Shown one piece after another: positions 60,566 through 64,000 of a stretch of 64,000 bases of DNA. Under the pieces are notes generated by a model. It did not search any database. It was not told where the DNA came from and worked only from the letters and a program-made list of their open reading frames with translations. Position 1 is the stretch's first letter, and every line of letters begins with the position of its first letter. Source of the DNA: Nemertoderma westbladi. Taxonomy: Eukaryota > Animalia > Xenacoelomorpha. The translations under genes were made by a program, and so were the position numbers. The stretch spans positions 11,586 through 75,585 of the forward strand of contig JAUCBJ010003514.1 in assembly GCA_032718475.1 (NCBI GenBank), given 5' to 3'.

Positions 60566-62520
60566 CCTCATACTTTGGTTGGCCAATTCTGCCTCCCTCG
60601 CCTCCCGCTCTCTACGCTTGTTCACTTCTCTTGCCTCTCGCTCTCTACGCTCATTCATTTCCCTCTCTACCTTCGCTGCCTCTTTCGCTTCTCGCTCTTT
60701 GCGCTCGTTTTCTACTCTTGTCTCCCGCTCCCTGCGCTCGATTTCTACTCTCGTCTCCCGCTCCCTGCGCTCGTTTTCTACTCTCGCCTTCCGCTCCTAG
60801 CGCTCGTTTATCTCTCTCTCCTCCCGCTCCCTATAGTTTCTCGCCACCCTCTCAGCCCTCTCTTTACACTTTCTCGCTAATTCCCTCTCCCTCTCTAATA
60901 GTGCAGTTCCCTCGTCTAACTGCCTCTCCAATTCCTTTTGATCCAGCGCCACAATGTATAGTTGACACGCCAGATCTATCTCTAACACCCTTCTTGCTTT
61001 CGCGGAGGATGTAGCGGACTTATCGGTCGCGATGGACTCCCGTCGCCTCTCTGTCCTACTAACTTTCCCCCGTTTACTGGGGTTCTTACTAACCGACGAC
61101 ACCGAATCCTCGGGGTTAACCTCGGATTCGCCGTCGTGCAGGTCCGCCCATCCCACTAACTTAATTCCCCTATCATCCACTAAGTAAGGCCCTATGTACA
61201 CTACATCTGGCTCCATTACCTCAGACCGCCACAATTCAAACAGTTCTGTGGCAACCCCCCTCGCTCTCTCACTCGCCTGTTCTCCCTGTCCAAAACGGAC
61301 TAAGTAACGGAAATATTTATTCGACTCACCTAGCCTCTGGTATAGTTTAGGCTGGTCTACCTTTCTCCCCTCCTTAGCCTCTTTGAGTAGTTTCTTTGTG
61401 GCATTGTACGCACGTTGTAGGCGATCACTCATCCCGACATCCTCTTTGTTGACTCTACCTTCCCTCCTCATCCGGCGTCATACCGGCGGCCCCACCGTCG
61501 CCTTTCCGGTGGGCCGTCCATCGCCCTCGGCCTGTTGCTGGCCGGCAACTTCGGTACTCCTACCGCCGTCTTCGTCGCGTGTCAACTCGTTGTTATCTTT
61601 CCCTCCTCATAGTTGACGGCTGCCCTCCACTTGGGTAGTCGGATCGTCCCTCGTTGGCAAATCCGAGGTGGCAGGCCGGTACTGTCTCGTCGCGGCCTCT
61701 CCGATCGTTTGGTTGGTGTCGTCCGGGGTCCGCGGCGGCGTTCTTTCTCCCTCTGACTCTCGGGGCATTTGGTTCCTTCCACTCATCTTGTTCTTCGATG
61801 ATTCTGGGTTGCAGTCACAGTCCTAGTTGTAGGTTGGAAAGTTTTCAACTGTGACGGGATCTGAGATCCCGACCGGGTAAGATTTATACACGTCACCTGA
61901 CTGCTGGTCTGCTGGGCTAGTGTTCTTTTGGCCGAAGGCCGTTGGGGAAAAATAACAGAGTTTGTGTTTCTCAATGTTAATGTTCCAACGATAATAGCAC
62001 AGAATCAGTCACAGTATATGATCGGTAAATCAGTAATACAGAATAACAACAGCAGTGTACTGTGTATAGTGATGACGGTTGAAAACTATAACCGGTCTGC
62101 AACACTGTGATTAATGAACTGACCGGTAAATCAGTAATATAGGGTAACTATATGATTGATACATATAGATATTGGTATCACCTCTACTTTACTTGGCCTT
62201 CTGTACCCAATGGATGCTTTCCTATCTTTCCCCACGTGCTCCCCCGCCTGCTATTGGCTTATATACTAATTGTCACTTTGGCACTCCCTATGAGTGTTAC
62301 CCCCTGCCGCTAGCCTTGACTAGCTGTGTTCTCCCTGTGAGGTGGTTTGATCTCTCACCTCTCTCTGTGGCTTTAGGGCCTGTATCGCCCCCCCCCCCCC
62401 CCCCCGAGTTGGTTATGAGGCGAGATTGTTATTGGTAATCTCGTATCGCCAACTATATGGGTAAAATGCCACTGGTCCCATTTTCGGGTGGGTAATGTAA
62501 GGGAATTGAATCCGCTTACA
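58231..62520 (-). mobile_element. 5' half of the BEL/Pao element, copy B, with intact 671-bp 5' LTR (61850-62520)
   Basis: Near-identical to 25121-29140; same right flank (TTAAATATT). Confidence 0.92.
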
Positions 62521-63163
62521 TTAAATATTTTAATTTAATCGTGTTAGGTATAGGTTTAAATTTATTACATCATTATATTGGATATTATACGAGTCCTATG
62601 GGCTCAATCAATCAAAAACAGTACTTAAACCACCAAAAGTTAATTACTTTCTAGTGTATTCGGCGTATTCCCAGAACAGCTGATGTGAATCAACTACATT
62701 CACTATATTATTATATACAATACCTACATACAGTATATTATAGTATCAACATTATGTATATTTGATTTTCAATTTCATTTTATATTTCTAAATACAGATT
62801 TTCTTATATTTTCCTATAGAAATATTAAATTTTTTAAATGAATGATTTTTTCCGTATTCATTAAATAGTTACGGTAATTTACAGTATTATTTTTAAAAAC
62901 TTAAACATATTGTATTATTTCAATATTCTAGAATTGTAAAATCTAAAATTGTAAATATCAACGGACAAATATCGATTAAAAAACGTAAATAAAAAGTCGA
63001 AATCGATGGAGATAATGAGTGATTTAAGCAGATAAGAAAATGTAACCTTGAAGTTAACTAAATACTATAGTTACAATTTATTGTCCTTCTTGTGTTGGCG
63101 CTGAATAATTTAATATTTCATACCAGGAATAATATATTTTCTAAATAAATAATTATTTTATAG

Positions 63164-63434
63164 GCTGAAATGCGCCGCACCTGCGGCTGATGGTTCTGAT
63201 TGCGCATTCTCTAACGCTGCTTCTGGCGGGGGAAGTGAAGCGGCGAATTTCGAGAATGTCGGAGGAAAGTGTTCCTGCAAAGATGCCGCGAAAACCCCCA
63301 AGTATTCCAACAGCGCGGAGGGGTTGGCTGAAGGGCGATACAAGTGTGAGGATGAAAGTAGTGGGGATGCTGGTAGCATCAGTAGGATGAGTTTCTGGAT
63401 GGTGTTGGCCATTCTCATCTTGGTGTTTGTCTAG
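63164..63434 (+). CDS. Cys-rich surface protein, copy B, terminal exon with GPI-like tail
   Basis: 271 nt, open; five differences from copy A (D>A, S>N, R>K, C>F and one silent). Confidence 0.85.
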
Positions 63435-64000
63435 ACACGATCACATACTTATGTACAGTAGTAGGCCTACATCATATATAAATACTGTAGAAACTTTTGC
63501 ACACACAGTAGGGTGAGTGACTGGGAGACTGATTTTTTTTTAATAAACACGTTTTGAATAACAAAAAACTATTGTAAATTATTTGACAATACCACACAAA
63601 AATGTTCAAAATACTTCGGCAGCTCCAAACAAAAACCCAGTAAGTACATTTTTTGACTTTTCGAGATAATTTAGTTGGGAATCTCAAAGTGATTTCCTGC
63701 TTTTAGGCACTTTGAATTCTTTGAGAAATGTCACTTTGAGGTAGTTTGCGGCACTTTGAATTCTTTGAGAAAATAAACTCCGAGGTATTCCTGATTCCGA
63801 GGTATATCAGATGTGGAGAAAGTTAGAATAACTTTTGTTATTCATTTCATTATTCACCTGAGGTCAACCATATGACTCTCTAGGCCACTGATGTTAGGAC
63901 AAAGTCAGAAAGTCCGAATGAATGAATTCTGAATGAATGAATTCTCAGAATTTTCCGCATTGCGTCATTAGGCCACTGTCAACAGAGGAAGGGAGATCGC

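Larger units (their letters stand above)
40225..64000 (+). repeat. Segmental duplication, copy B
   Basis: Collinear with 8466-33040, with its own insertions and several deletions. Confidence 0.93.

Noticed and set aside
60317-61014. ER-repeat and SL-repeat ORFs
   Set aside because: Products of a (CT)n microsatellite and 33-bp repeats inside the decayed BEL gag.

Overview
AT-rich eukaryotic (animal-like) genomic DNA, dense in transposons; no bacterial-type genes or CRISPR arrays. Most of the window is a ~32-kb tandem segmental duplication (copy A ~8466-33040, copy B ~40225-64000, running off the end). Each copy carries an intron-containing gene that the ORF track does not show as a unit. Its exons have compatible splice phases and encode a signal peptide, three Cys-rich EGF/EB-like modules and a GPI-anchor-like tail (A: 15999-16248, 17495-17612, 31454-31724; B: 51517-51775, 53232-53349, 63164-63434; plus an extra copy of the first visible exon at 46551-46809). 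The paralogs differ mostly in a loop around an RRRR site. Mobile elements include two Ty3/Gypsy remnants, a pol-less BEL/Pao element, RTE, L2/CR1 and CRE LINE pieces, a MetaSINE, a piggyBac derivative, several TIR elements and several satellites. The most unusual signals are (1) the BEL/Pao element, which has no tRNA PBS but a 10-nt self-complementary site resembling Tf1 self-priming, two strongly diverged LTRs and an intact 4-bp TTAA TSD; (2) the diversifying GPI-anchored gene family; and (3) a tandem duplication with a LINE segment captured at its junction. All alignments were made by eye, and family assignments rest on recalled motifs rather than database searches.
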